Source: Candidatus Bathyarchaeota archaeon
GTDB lineage: Archaea > Thermoproteota > Bathyarchaeia > 40CM-2-53-6
Direction of reading: 5' to 3'
Assembly: GCA_963833125.1 (NCBI GenBank)
Contig: CAWHWX010000002.1
Coordinates: 1 to 18,653, forward strand
Length of the DNA stretch: 18,653 nt
Below, piece by piece: positions 1-9,384 of this stretch. The position numbers were made by a program, and so were the translations under genes. Positions within the stretch are counted from its first letter, which is position 1; each line of letters starts with the position of its first letter. The notes below the pieces were generated by a model that was not told the DNA's origin, did no database searches, and saw only the letters and a list, made by a program, of their open reading frames with translations.

Positions 1-246
1 TTGGATCGTCTGTGATGTTCGGAGTATCGTGGGCTTGCACCATGTAGTGGAATGCAGGTCGCGGATTATCCGGTCCATCAACTGTGTTGCAATGGTCAAA
101 CTGGTCGGCCAGTACGGACCAGCGTTCGCGGCGGCACCGATGTGGTCTGGTGTGATGCAGTTCAGAGTACTCAACTGGTAGTCTGGGCGCCATCCGCCCC
201 AGGAAGGAAATTTCTCGAATAACTGGTCGAACTTACCGGTTGTCAT
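1..246 (-). CDS. Putative cyclase-family (kynurenine formamidase-like) protein, N-terminal part, runs off window; degraded or error-rich
   Basis: Manual translation from ATG at 246: MTTGKFDQLFEKFPSWGGWRPDYQLSTLNCITPDHIGAAA, then after frame slips LVRTGR and NTVDGPDNPRPAFHYM. This resembles the cyclase N-terminal consensus WGRWGxDDQLGTLNxITP..AAxLVRTG..GPDNP. Not in the ORF track. Confidence 0.65.
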   Translation of the reverse strand, partial: MTTGKFDQLFEKFPSWGGWRPDYQLSTLNCITPDHIGAAANAGPYWPTSLTIATQLMDRIIRDLHSTTWCKPTILRTSQTIQ

Positions 247-289
247 GTCATGGTTGTTGTTTTCGTCGGTGTGCGCAGGTGTCGGGAAC

Positions 290-1476
290 CTACCTAGCGG
301 TTAGTAAGTCTCCGTGTCCAGGTCCTCGGGGGATAATTGGCCAGATGTCGACAACTACCCCCCCCTCGACCACATGGTACGCATCGTAGAGGTTTACTGT
401 AGTTGGACCATACCCTGGAACGAACTCCATGGTACTTCCAAGTTTGAGGCTACATCGCTTGTCGACATCGAAGAGGGCATGCTCCTCCGCAAAGTAGCGT
501 GCCCGCATTTCAGATGGGTAATCCAACATCGTGGGTTGTACAAAGTCGATGCCGACTTGACTTACGACCGCAGTCAAATACGATTGTGTCTCCGTGCTGT
601 ATAACCACCGTTTCCCAGAACAGTCAGCGATTTCGGAAAGAACCCGGGACTAGGTTTCCATGGAAATTATCCTTCAAACGTAGGGTCCTCCCTTGAATCT
701 CAGTAACACGTGGATCTGCGCCCGTAATATCATAAGTACCAGTTCCGCCAGCCGAAACTATCTCACATTTGAACCCAGCCTCAGCTAGGCGACTGACTAC
801 CGTACCGATATGATCCATGGCTTCCCGAGCTTTCTTTACTCTCAATTCATGATCCGGTTCAAGCATACAATGTCCTGAGTACCCGCCTGCACGCCTCTGA
901 ACCTGAGGCCAGAAAGCGTAGCCAAATGTTTAGCCAGGTCTACGGCTTCATCTGGAGAACGAACACCTCCCCGCCGCCATTCCGACATCTATCTCGATGA
1001 TGACGTCAAGTTTGTTTCCCTACCTTAGAAACAGTCTTGGAGATGTCATCGGCATTATTCGCATCATCAACTGTGACCGTCAGGTGTCCATCTTTCGCAA
1101 CTTCGGCAAGCGTTTCGATTCTCTCCTTACCGACCACTGCAACTTAGCAATTAACACATCTTGGAGAGCGCCGCAGCTAATTACGAGGGCTTCCCAGACT
1201 GTGGCTGTGCAAACTCCGATCGCTCCCGCTTCATTTGCATTTTGGCTAATTCAATGCTTTTCTGGACCTTTATGTGAGGTCTCAGTTTAGCGTGCAGTGA
1301 TTTCAAACGTTGTGTCATGAAATTGATGTTGCGACGAACCACATCCAAGTCCAAGATCAATGCCGGCGTTATGAGCCCACGGCGATGTCTGCCTAACGCT
1401 GAACGGTATGAGTTGCATTAACCGCTTCTGAATTTCATCAATCTCTGGATAGGTTCTCGCACTTCGTTCGACTCAA
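290..1476 (-). CDS. DSD1/D-threonine aldolase-like PLP-dependent enzyme (alanine racemase fold), frameshifted; start approximate
   Basis: Joined fragments: ITPALILDLDVVRRNI..LRPHIKV (PLP Lys motif), AGAIGVCTATVWEA, IVSAGGTGTYDITG..VTEIQ (ORF 624-866), DCGRKS, AEEH..PTTVNLYD..VVDIWPIIPRG (ORF 290-577). Confidence 0.85.
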
Positions 1477-1550
1477 GCTAAACGGCTCTCAACGTCCATG
1501 GGAAATCTCTGGTAATAAGAACCATGGCTCAGGTTTTCGGGTTCAGACAT

Positions 1551-1683
1551 TCATCTAATGCATTCCGACTTACGGTAGTTAACAATCACCTTGGATCCTT
1601 CAACGGCGAATCTTCGGGTAATGGCGCTGCCGATTCCGGCGCAAACCACCAGTAACGATCGTGACTCTATCTTTCAATTTCAT
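1551..1683 (-). pseudogene. Truncated short-chain dehydrogenase/reductase (SDR) N-terminal remnant
   Basis: ATG at 1683 gives MKLKDRVTIVTGG, then after a 1-nt slip AGIGSAITRRFAVEGSKVIVNYRKS and a stop at 1551-1553. This is the TGxxxGIG Rossmann start, with no room for the rest of an SDR before the next gene. Confidence 0.75.
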
Positions 1684-1908
1684 GAGTTAGAAATCACCAG
1701 AAGGAGATGAGGTCTTTATTCTAAAATCTTCTTGGAAGATCTGATCCCATTAACATTCCTGATTGACAGATTGTTTTTGCTTCAATAAGAAAGCAGAAAC
1801 CGATTATTAATCAAGTAGCGAGTCCTCGCAACGTTCAATTTGAGGCTTGAAATAAACAGCATCATGCCAAGTGTTAAATATAGTTCGAAGAACCAGTTTC
1901 ATATCCGC

Positions 1909-3490
1909 TTGTCTACACAGAAGGTATTCCTACGGGAAGCAACTGGATTAGTTAGGTCATTCACATGGTATGATGCGACTATATTGAGCCTGGCCGTAAC
2001 AGGACCTACCCTGTTCGGAATGTCCTCCCAAATCGGCTACGTAGCCCCTAACGGACCTGGAGCCGACTTCACAATTTCCACAATCATTGGATTCCTGTTC
2101 ATGATCCCCCTCGCAGTAGTATACTACATCTTTTCGGTTCAGATGCCAAGATCCGGAGGGGACTATGTGTGGCTTGGGCGAACACTGAACCCAATTTTGG
2201 GATTTGTTTGGGGGATGGGCTATGTTCGGATTTTCATTCATTGCGCTTCTAGCAAGCGCATCTGTAACTGAAACCGCAGTCGTTATACCAGACGTAGGCG
2301 TAGCCTTAGGATACATCTGGAACAACCCAGGACTAATTTCCTGGGGACAGAATTTCACAGAGTAGTACGACAAATCTATTCGCTTGGGACGATCCTCACG
2401 ATAATTATTGGGATTATTATCGCCGCTTGCACGCCAAGGGTTTACAGTCGTATTATGCTCGTTTTAGCTGGAATAATCTTCATTGCCTCTTTCATCTTCA
2501 TCGGCGCCTTCAGACGCAGACAAGTGCCTCATTTGCGACAGGGCTAAGTAACTTAACGAATGGAACCATGACGGTTAATGGAGTTGTATCTCAAGCCGCA
2601 GGTGGGCGGGTATGCCTTTCGTTCCGGTGAATCAGACCGCCACTTTCCTAGCAGTCCCATTTGGGGTCTTGCTATTCAACGGATTCAATTATTCCGTCTA
2701 CATCTCTGGCGAAGTAAGGAATGTGAAGAATGGAATGCTATGGGGTGTGATGGTTGCACTATTGATCTGCGGAATTGTCGATATAACGGGACTCTACTTC
2801 ATAACAAACCGCCGGAAAGCTACCCATTCATGCAAGCAGTGTTTGGGTTATTCAACCAGGGTCACTTCTCCCTAGGAGTTAACCCATCGTAGCCCGTTTT
2901 CATCCCAGCAGTCCTAAGCAACCCATACCTATGGAGTTCGTGGAGATCGGATTTCTATTATTCAACTTCTGGTGGGCCGCAGGCCTCGCCATCTGCATCT
3001 CGAGGTACGTGTTCGCATTCTCATTCGACCGGGTACTTCCAACCGTTTTCGCAGATGTGAACGATAGACTCCACGTCCCGTTGAAAGCGGTCGGGTTCAC
3101 TTTCGTAATTTCAGTCATCCTAACCTACATCGCCATATACACGACATACATCGGACAGCTGCTCAATGTGGTTACGATTTGGGCCGTCGTCTGGATTCTG
3201 GTAGGAATATCGGCCATTGTCCTTCCATTTTGGAAGAAAGGATTCTCCAAGGGTCTCATTGGCGATCTTTGGTTACTTCCAATCTTTGGCGTTCTAACAA
3301 TCATAGGCATGGGAACTACCCTCTACTGGTCTGTGACAAACCCTGCAATTGGGCCCTCGACTCCGGCCTCGACCCTCCTGCTGGTCGTGATATTCCGATC
3401 CGCTGTCGTCATCTACCTAGCGCGATACTTCTACTTCAAGGGCAAAGGTCTTGACCTTATAGAGGGCCAAATGGAGATACCACAGAATAA
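1909..3490 (+). CDS. APC-family amino acid/polyamine permease, frameshifted
   Basis: TTG at 1909 gives (M)STQKVFLREATGLVRSFTWYDA; MPRSGGDYVW; YISGEVRN; SRYVFAFSFDRVLP; many TM segments across ORFs 1840-2271, 2612-2875, 2931-3614. Likely true end EIP(P)E* at TAA 3488-3490. TTAAATA box about 30 nt upstream. Confidence 0.88.
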
Positions 3491-3584
3491 GAAGACCAAC
3501 AGAGCGAACAAATCTAAACTCTCCCGCCTTAAGGTGCGTCATCGGTCAATGCCGTCGATGCACCGTACGTTATTTTTCGGTCAG

Positions 3585-4059
3585 CTAAGTCTTGGAGAAG
3601 GGTGGGCGTTCTAGGATTTCTCTGATCTCGGACGTAATCTGAACGTCTTTCTCGTATGTAATTCTAAACACCCATCGGAGCAGGTCGCGCTGGGATATGA
3701 TGCCGACCAGTTTTCCTTTCTCAACCACAGGTAGTCGCCTGACGCCGTGTTTGAGCATTGCAGCCATTGCTTCCTGGTTGGTCGACGGAACGTGCTACCG
3801 TAATCAGTGGACCTGACATTACGTTCCTAACTGGAGTTTTGAGAGCATTTGTTCGTTTCGCCACGTACCGTGAGATATCACGTTCTGTGACGATCCCCAC
3901 TGGTGTCCCTTCTTCAACGACTACGATGCTGCCAATATTCCGCTTCACCATTTTCTGCAATGCGTACTTCAGCGATCGCTTTGGTTCAACGGTCTCAACC
4001 CTAACTGCCATAAGAGCTTCCACTGAGTCTGAATCAACCACGTCAGGCAAACCCGTCAT
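3585..4059 (-). CDS. Stand-alone CBS-pair protein, frameshifted
   Basis: ALQKMVKRNIGSIVVVEEGTPVGIVTERDI and MLKHGVRRLPVVEKGKLVGIISQRDLL. Start placed at ATG 4059 because a TTTAAT box lies 25 nt upstream. Confidence 0.88.
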
Positions 4060-4083
4060 CAACACACTGGCGCTTTCATCGGG

Positions 4084-4100
4084 ATTAAAGGCTTCTTGGG
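4084..4100 (-). promoter_or_regulatory. BRE/TATA promoter of the CBS gene
   Basis: Minus strand CCCAAGAAGCC-TTTAAT ending 25 nt before ATG 4059, consistent with a near-leaderless archaeal transcript. Confidence 0.5.
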
Positions 4101-4290
4101 AAAACCTAAGTCTACGACTACTAGGGCTCTTTTTTGCGAGCTGCAAAAAAAAGGTCGTCCGTCCGAGAAACGTCTTACGGAAGCAAATCCAGGAAATCGT
4201 GTAACCTAGACCGGAAATTTGGATTATAGCGGGTTACGAGGCGTCTTTTATGTTAGGGCGTCTCTCTTGGCCGAGTTGGTGTTGAAAGAG

Positions 4291-4563
4291 ATGCTCCCTG
4301 TGGATTCAGCTAGGGTGGGTCATAAACGGCAGATCGTTGTTGAGGTTCTAGGATGGTATGGATTGATCGCTATCGTAATTGCCTATGGGACCGTGAGTCT
4401 GAGCTTGGTTTCGCCGAATAATTTGGCATATCAGTTCTTGAATCTAAGCGGAGCCGTAGGGCTTGGCCTAGTAGCGTTCGCTAAGAGGGCGTATCAAAAT
4501 GGCGTTCTAAATGTGGTTTGGGGTGCAATAGCTGTCGTGGCTTTGATACATCTAATTCTCTGA
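4291..4563 (+). CDS. Small 3-TM membrane protein (CBU_0592-like); start 4291 or 4315
   Basis: LGWYGLIAIVIAYG..YQFLNLSGAVGL..KRAYQNGVLNVVWGAIA matches the GWxG..AY..YQxLNLxG..LNxxW pattern. Confidence 0.75.
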   Translation: MLPVDSARVGHKRQIVVEVLGWYGLIAIVIAYGTVSLSLVSPNNLAYQFLNLSGAVGLGLVAFAKRAYQNGVLNVVWGAIAVVALIHLIL

Positions 4564-4602
4564 CCTCTGCCGGCGAAAACAGCTGTATGGTTAAGGGAAT
4601 TT

Positions 4603-5497
4603 TCAGTATGCGCTGGTCGGTAAGAACTTCTCTACTCGTTTCCTGAGCTCTATAGCGGCTTTTGACCATTTCCCGTCGCACACATTGTTTAGGTAACTGT
4701 CATTCTCAAATTCGAGCGAGAGATACCCACGGTACCGAGAATTTCGTAGGGCCATGAAGAACTTCTTCCAATCGACTACTCCCTCGCCAAGAAATGGGAA
4801 AATGAAGGTTTCTCCAAGGCCACCCGGTTTCCCGAAGGCATCCTTCACATGTACATGTCGCACTTTATCACCGAGCATTTTCGCCGCCCAAACGGGGTCA
4901 TTTCCATACACCACAAAGTGAGATGGATCCCAGGTTCACTCCAAGATACTTGGAATCAAAGTAACTCAGAAACTCCTTAACAGTATAGTAGTCGTGCACC
5001 AACATTCCGAATACAGGTTCAACCGTAACCACGACATGATTCTTCTCCGCCGAGTCGACTAGATTAGAAAATGAATCGACAACAACCTTCCAAGCTTCGC
5101 CTTCCGAGATTTCCCGACCAATCCTCTGAAACTCAGGATTCCAAGTCATCGGTCCCGTGAAGACGTTCATCAAGGGGATGGATAATTCGCTCGCTTCCCC
5201 CAACATAGCGGTCAAGACTTTCAGACTCCTATTCCTAACGCTACGATTCTTTGTTACGAGATCCTGCCAACACATTATGTTCGATACGGCGAGGCCACGT
5301 CTTCTCGTTTTGATGACCAGCTTTCTGAGTTCCCTGGTAGTCCGGAAATGCTGACCTAGCATCCATTCTACACCCGGCGGTACCCTGCTTTCGAGATGAC
5401 GCAGGATGGCTTCGTCAGTTGACGGCGAAGCCCAAACCGCCGGGGAAGTCATGTAGTAAGGGATGAATGATAACTTCCAGTCGGAGGCTCTTGTCAA
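4603..5497 (-). CDS. Sugar phosphate isomerase/epimerase, xylose-isomerase-like TIM barrel, frameshifted near 4930
   Basis: Metal-site motifs VEP, N(L)DPSH after frame correction, HVHVKD, GEGVVDW, GYLSLEFE (ORFs 4898-5497 and 4603-4914). Confidence 0.85.
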
Positions 5498-5501
5498 TTT
5501 T

Positions 5502-6347
5502 CTAGTAAGAGCCTCCTATTTCCTTCGCGACGAGGCCTATTTCTGTCAGACATTTTTCATCTTCCGCTTTCTCGCCTAAAGTAAAATGCGTCATCCCAGC
5601 GTCCACATACTGTTCAACGTCTCTCCGAAGAGTCTGGATGTCTGTTCGGTTGATTAAGTTCGTAAATGCAAATTGGTCATGAGGATATTTTCGCTTGCTC
5701 AACTCGTCGAGGATTACTTTTCCCATTTCCGCATATTCGTTAGGTTTGGGGTAGCTATCGTCGAACCATCTCGGGCCTATCGGCATCCATCCATCCGCAT
5801 ACTTTCCCGCCCACGTGAAGCGACACTGGTAGATGTCCCCCCCACCAGATTGGTGGATAGGGTTTCTGAATTGGTTTAGGCTCGAGAGCGGCACCCTTTG
5901 CGTTTACATATTTCCCATGGAAATCCACCGACCCCGGCTCGGTCCATAAGCGTTTCATCAATCGGATTGCTTCAAGGCTAAACGGCGATTCTCTCCTTAT
6001 TCTCATGCCATTCGGAATACCCTTCGAACTCAGGCCGGTACCACCCAAACCCCACTCCAACTATCAGGCGTCCATCAGACAGGTAATCTATAGTTGAGGC
6101 CATCTTTGCTAGAATACCCGGCGGTCGAAATGTGAGAGGTGTAACGGCCGTTCCTAATCTGAGTTTGACGGTTTTCGCGGCCGAAGTAAGGGAGGAAGGT
6201 CCAAACATCGATATGATTGTTTGAGTTTGGGAGCATGAAATGATCTGTTACAAGAAAATAATCATAACCCACTTTTTCGGCTTCCACTGCGAGTCTTTCG
6301 ATGAGCTTCGGTTTTGCCCGTCCAGTGACAGCTATTCCACACTTCAA
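5502..6347 (-). CDS. Luciferase-like (LLM) flavin/F420-dependent oxidoreductase, frameshifted
   Basis: AEKVGYDYFLVTDHF, AAKTVKLRLGTAVTPLTFRPPGILAKMASTIDYLSDGRLIVGVGFGW, PKPIQKPYPPIWWGG, ADGWMP across four ORF fragments. The stop lies 4 nt before the isomerase start. Confidence 0.9.
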
Positions 6348-6384
6348 TCCACATACCTCGCTGAAGGAGGTCGATGTAGACTAA

Positions 6385-6400
6385 GGCTAATATACAAAGC
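6385..6400. promoter_or_regulatory. AT-rich TATA-like element in the 84-bp divergent intergenic region
   Basis: TAATATA at 6388-6394 lies about 40 nt from both start codons (6347 minus, 6432 plus). Confidence 0.45.
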
Positions 6401-6431
6401 GAATCGCCTGTCTTCTACGAGATGACAACCT

Positions 6432-6926
6432 ATGCCCACACCAGTCCCATCTGGAATGAGGATTACTCAGGTCGCGGTAGTTGTGAAGGATTTACGGAAA
6501 ACGATGGAAGCATATCACAAGATTCTCGGTTGGGGGCCCTGGAGTGTCTACGAACATAAACCCCCAATCCTGCACCACCAAGAACTCCATGGAAAATCGG
6601 CTAACTATTCCATGCTTGGCGCGGAAGTCCACTGTGACCCGATCGACTTCGAGATACTGCAACCTTTGGAAGGACCGAGTATCTACAAGGAGTTCTTAGA
6701 AGAGAAAGGTGAAGGACTGCATCACGTTTCGGTTGTTAGCCCTGCTGAGGATGTTGAAAAAGCACTCGCCGATTTCAAGAAAAACGGCGTTGACGTAATG
6801 ATGAGCGGAAGGCTAGGTGAGAACATCAGGTTCTACTACATGGATACTGAGCCAGTTTTGAAGATGGTGGCTGAGACCGTCAGTGGTCACGCGATTTCTA
6901 TGAAGCCCATCTACACCTACCCTTGA
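6432..6926 (+). CDS. VOC (glyoxalase/methylmalonyl-CoA epimerase-like) family protein
   Basis: Intact 164 aa: ITQVAVVVKDL, FEILQPLEGPSIYKEFLEEKGEGLHHVS, FYYMDT..VAE. Confidence 0.9.
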   Translation: MPTPVPSGMRITQVAVVVKDLRKTMEAYHKILGWGPWSVYEHKPPILHHQELHGKSANYSMLGAEVHCDPIDFEILQPLEGPSIYKEFLEEKGEGLHHVSVVSPAEDVEKALADFKKNGVDVMMSGRLGENIRFYYMDTEPVLKMVAETVSGHAISMKPIYTYP

Positions 6927-6984
6927 CATTCATCCATCGAAAATAGAAGCAAGCGCCGTAACAGACAAGCCCGAGGAGATCGAG

Positions 6985-7686
6985 ATGTCTGATTTCAGCC
7001 TACCAGGCGTTGAACAACGAATCATTGATGACTTGGCGAGTAAAACGGTTGAAGTAGCTCGTGGATTGTTTGAGAACCACCTAGTAACCTCCACATTCGG
7101 TGTCGTGAGCAATCGAATCCCCAACACCGACTATTCACTGATTACTCCGAGCGGGTTCAGCAAACTCACACTCAATACCCGCCATCTGATCATCGTAGAC
7201 CTAGACGCCAAACTTGTTCAAGGAAATTTCAGGCCATCCGTAGAAACCGCCATGCATACTTACATACACAAGAATCGGCCCGAAATCAGTACGGTGATTC
7301 ATACGCACTCACCGATGGCCTGCGCGTTTGCAGCCGCTAACATGGAGATTCCATGTGTGTCAGCGGAACAAGCATTCTACCTTGGAGGCAGAGTACCTCT
7401 GGTAAGGAAATATTCACTTCCCGGCACAACGGAACGTGCGGAGTTAGCGGCGGTCCTCAAGGCGCTCGAGAAATGTGATGCCGCTCTCCTGAGGAAGCAT
7501 GGAGTCGTTGTTGTCGGAAGGACCCCCGAAGAAGGGTTGGAGACCGCGATAGTGCTCGAGGACATTGCCAACATGGCCGTCCACTCAATGATTCTTGCGA
7601 AACCTAGGGAGTTCACCAGAAAGGAACTATCCTACTTGAAGGTCTTCAAACGAACGAGGTATGGACAGCATCCTTCTGCAAAATGA
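6985..7686 (+). CDS. Class II aldolase/adducin family (FucA/AraD-like) Zn enzyme
   Basis: Intact 233 aa: ITPSG, PSVETAMH (FucA-type catalytic Glu), HTHS and KHG Zn ligands, C-terminal YGQ; GAGGAG RBS. Confidence 0.9.
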   Translation: MSDFSLPGVEQRIIDDLASKTVEVARGLFENHLVTSTFGVVSNRIPNTDYSLITPSGFSKLTLNTRHLIIVDLDAKLVQGNFRPSVETAMHTYIHKNRPEISTVIHTHSPMACAFAAANMEIPCVSAEQAFYLGGRVPLVRKYSLPGTTERAELAAVLKALEKCDAALLRKHGVVVVGRTPEEGLETAIVLEDIANMAVHSMILAKPREFTRKELSYLKVFKRTRYGQHPSAK

Positions 7687-7711
7687 CCCTTACCCTAGGG
7701 CATGAGTCAGT

Positions 7712-9275
7712 TTGAGCAATGACTATCTGGCCGCAATAGACGCGGGAACGGGCAGCGGTAGGTGTGTAATCTTTGACTCGGAGGGCACACAAGTTGCGAT
7801 TGCTTCGAGGGAGTGGTCGCATCCTACGATCCCGGCGTATCCTGGAGCTTTTGTGTTTGACACCGTGCGCAATTGGAAGCTTATTTGCGAATCAATTCAC
7901 GAGGCGATTGATAGGGCTAAGATTCGGCCCGATGAAATTCGTGGCATAAGCGCGACCAGCATGCGTGAGGGCATGGTGCTCTATGATGAGGTTGGCAGTA
8001 GAAATCTGGGCCTGCCCGAACGTCGATTCGCGCGCGAAGAACGAAGTTGTCCAGATGATTAAGAAGGGTCTCGCTAAGAAGATCTACTTCAAGGCTGGGG
8101 ACTGGCTCGCGATTACCTCGCCTCCAAGATTCCTTTGGATAAAGAAACACGAGCCAGAGATCTTCAAGAAAACTGCAAAGATGACTATGATTAGCGACTG
8201 GATTCTTTACAGGCTGACAGAGAAATTTGCTACCGATCCTTCGATTGGCTCAAGCTCAAATCTGTTTCAACTCGAAAAAAGGACTTGGTCGGACGAAATC
8301 ATCGACTGGTGTTCCCTACCTAGAAGTATATTTCCGGACGTAAAGGAACCGGGAACAGTGCTAGGAGATGTCACGGCTGAGGCCGCCGCCGAGACAGGTT
8401 TCAAACTGGGAACCCCTGTAGTCGTAGGTGGGGGCGACACTCAGCTCGGTCTTATCGGTATATCCGCCGTTCAACCCTATGATTCCGCCACAATTGGCGG
8501 AACGTTCTGGCAACAAACGGTTGTCACAGACAAACCGATCATAGACCCGAAGATTCGATTGCGCACTCTTTGCCACGCAGTTCAAGGAATGTGGATGACA
8601 GAGGGAATAGGGTTCCTATGTGGATTGACAATGAGATGGTTTAGGGACGCGTTTTGCGAACGAGAAAAGGAAATTGCGGCTCGGGAAGGAGTTGATGCAT
8701 ACTCTTTGCTGGAAAAAGAGGCCGAAAAAGCGGGTGCCTGGTTCGAACGGTGTCATCCCAATTTTCTCAGACATAATGAATGCTAGAAGGTGGATTCATG
8801 CCTCCCCTTCCTTTGTGCAATTCGACATCAACCGACCCGAGGCATCTGGCAAGAAAGAGTGCGTCAGGGCGATTGAAGAGAGCGCGGCTTATGTGGCGTT
8901 GGGCCATCTGCAAATATTGCAAGCTCTCACCCATAGAAAAATGAAACAAGTTGTATTCTGCGGGGGGCATCGAAAGGCTTCCTGTGGCCCCAAATATTAT
9001 CAGACGTATTTGGTATCACGGTCAAGGTTCCGATAATCAAGGAATCTACGGCCCTAGGCGCGGCAATTTGCGCGGGAGTGGGCGTCGGGATATTTCGGAA
9101 CCTGAAAGAGACTGCGAAGAGCATGGTCAAATGGGACCGGACCTTCGAGCCCAATCAGACCACCCATAGAGAATACGTGAAATTTTACGGCCGATGGTGC
9201 AAAGTGTACAAGAAGTCGTTAGGGATGGTTGAAGAAGGTCTGGTGCAGCCGATGTTCAGGGCCGCCGGAACATAG
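7712..9275 (+). CDS. lsrK: Autoinducer-2 (DPD) kinase LsrK homologue, FGGY family, frameshifted
   Basis: LsrK-characteristic strings: YLAAIDAGTGSGRCVIFD, SMREGMVLY, IWACPNVDSRA, TMISDW, GTPVVVGGGDTQLG, GGTFWQQ, GLTMRWFRDAFC, GVIPIFSDIM..WIHASPSF, C-terminal GLVQPMFRAAGT. Confidence 0.82.
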
Positions 9276-9384
9276 ATCGAAGATCCTAGAATGAAACTCA
9301 TACGCGAACTTGAAATTGACTTGGAATACGAAGCGGAGAATGGCTAAAGAACTAGCCTGCAACTATTGACCAGCTGAGAAAGAA

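Noticed and set aside
3491-3614. Basic C-terminal tail of the permease ORF
   Set aside because: Probably read-through from a 1-nt deletion in EIPPE*, and it overlaps the convergent CBS gene.
4060-4146. N-terminal extension of the CBS ORF (start 4146)
   Set aside because: It covers the likely TATA box at 4084-4089 and does not look like CBS sequence. ATG 4059 is preferred.
3758-4204. 148-aa plus-strand ORF
   Set aside because: Antisense shadow of the CBS gene with no motifs. The same applies to other antisense ORFs such as 314-604, 997-1290, 1957-2373, 12602-13024 and 16720-17043.
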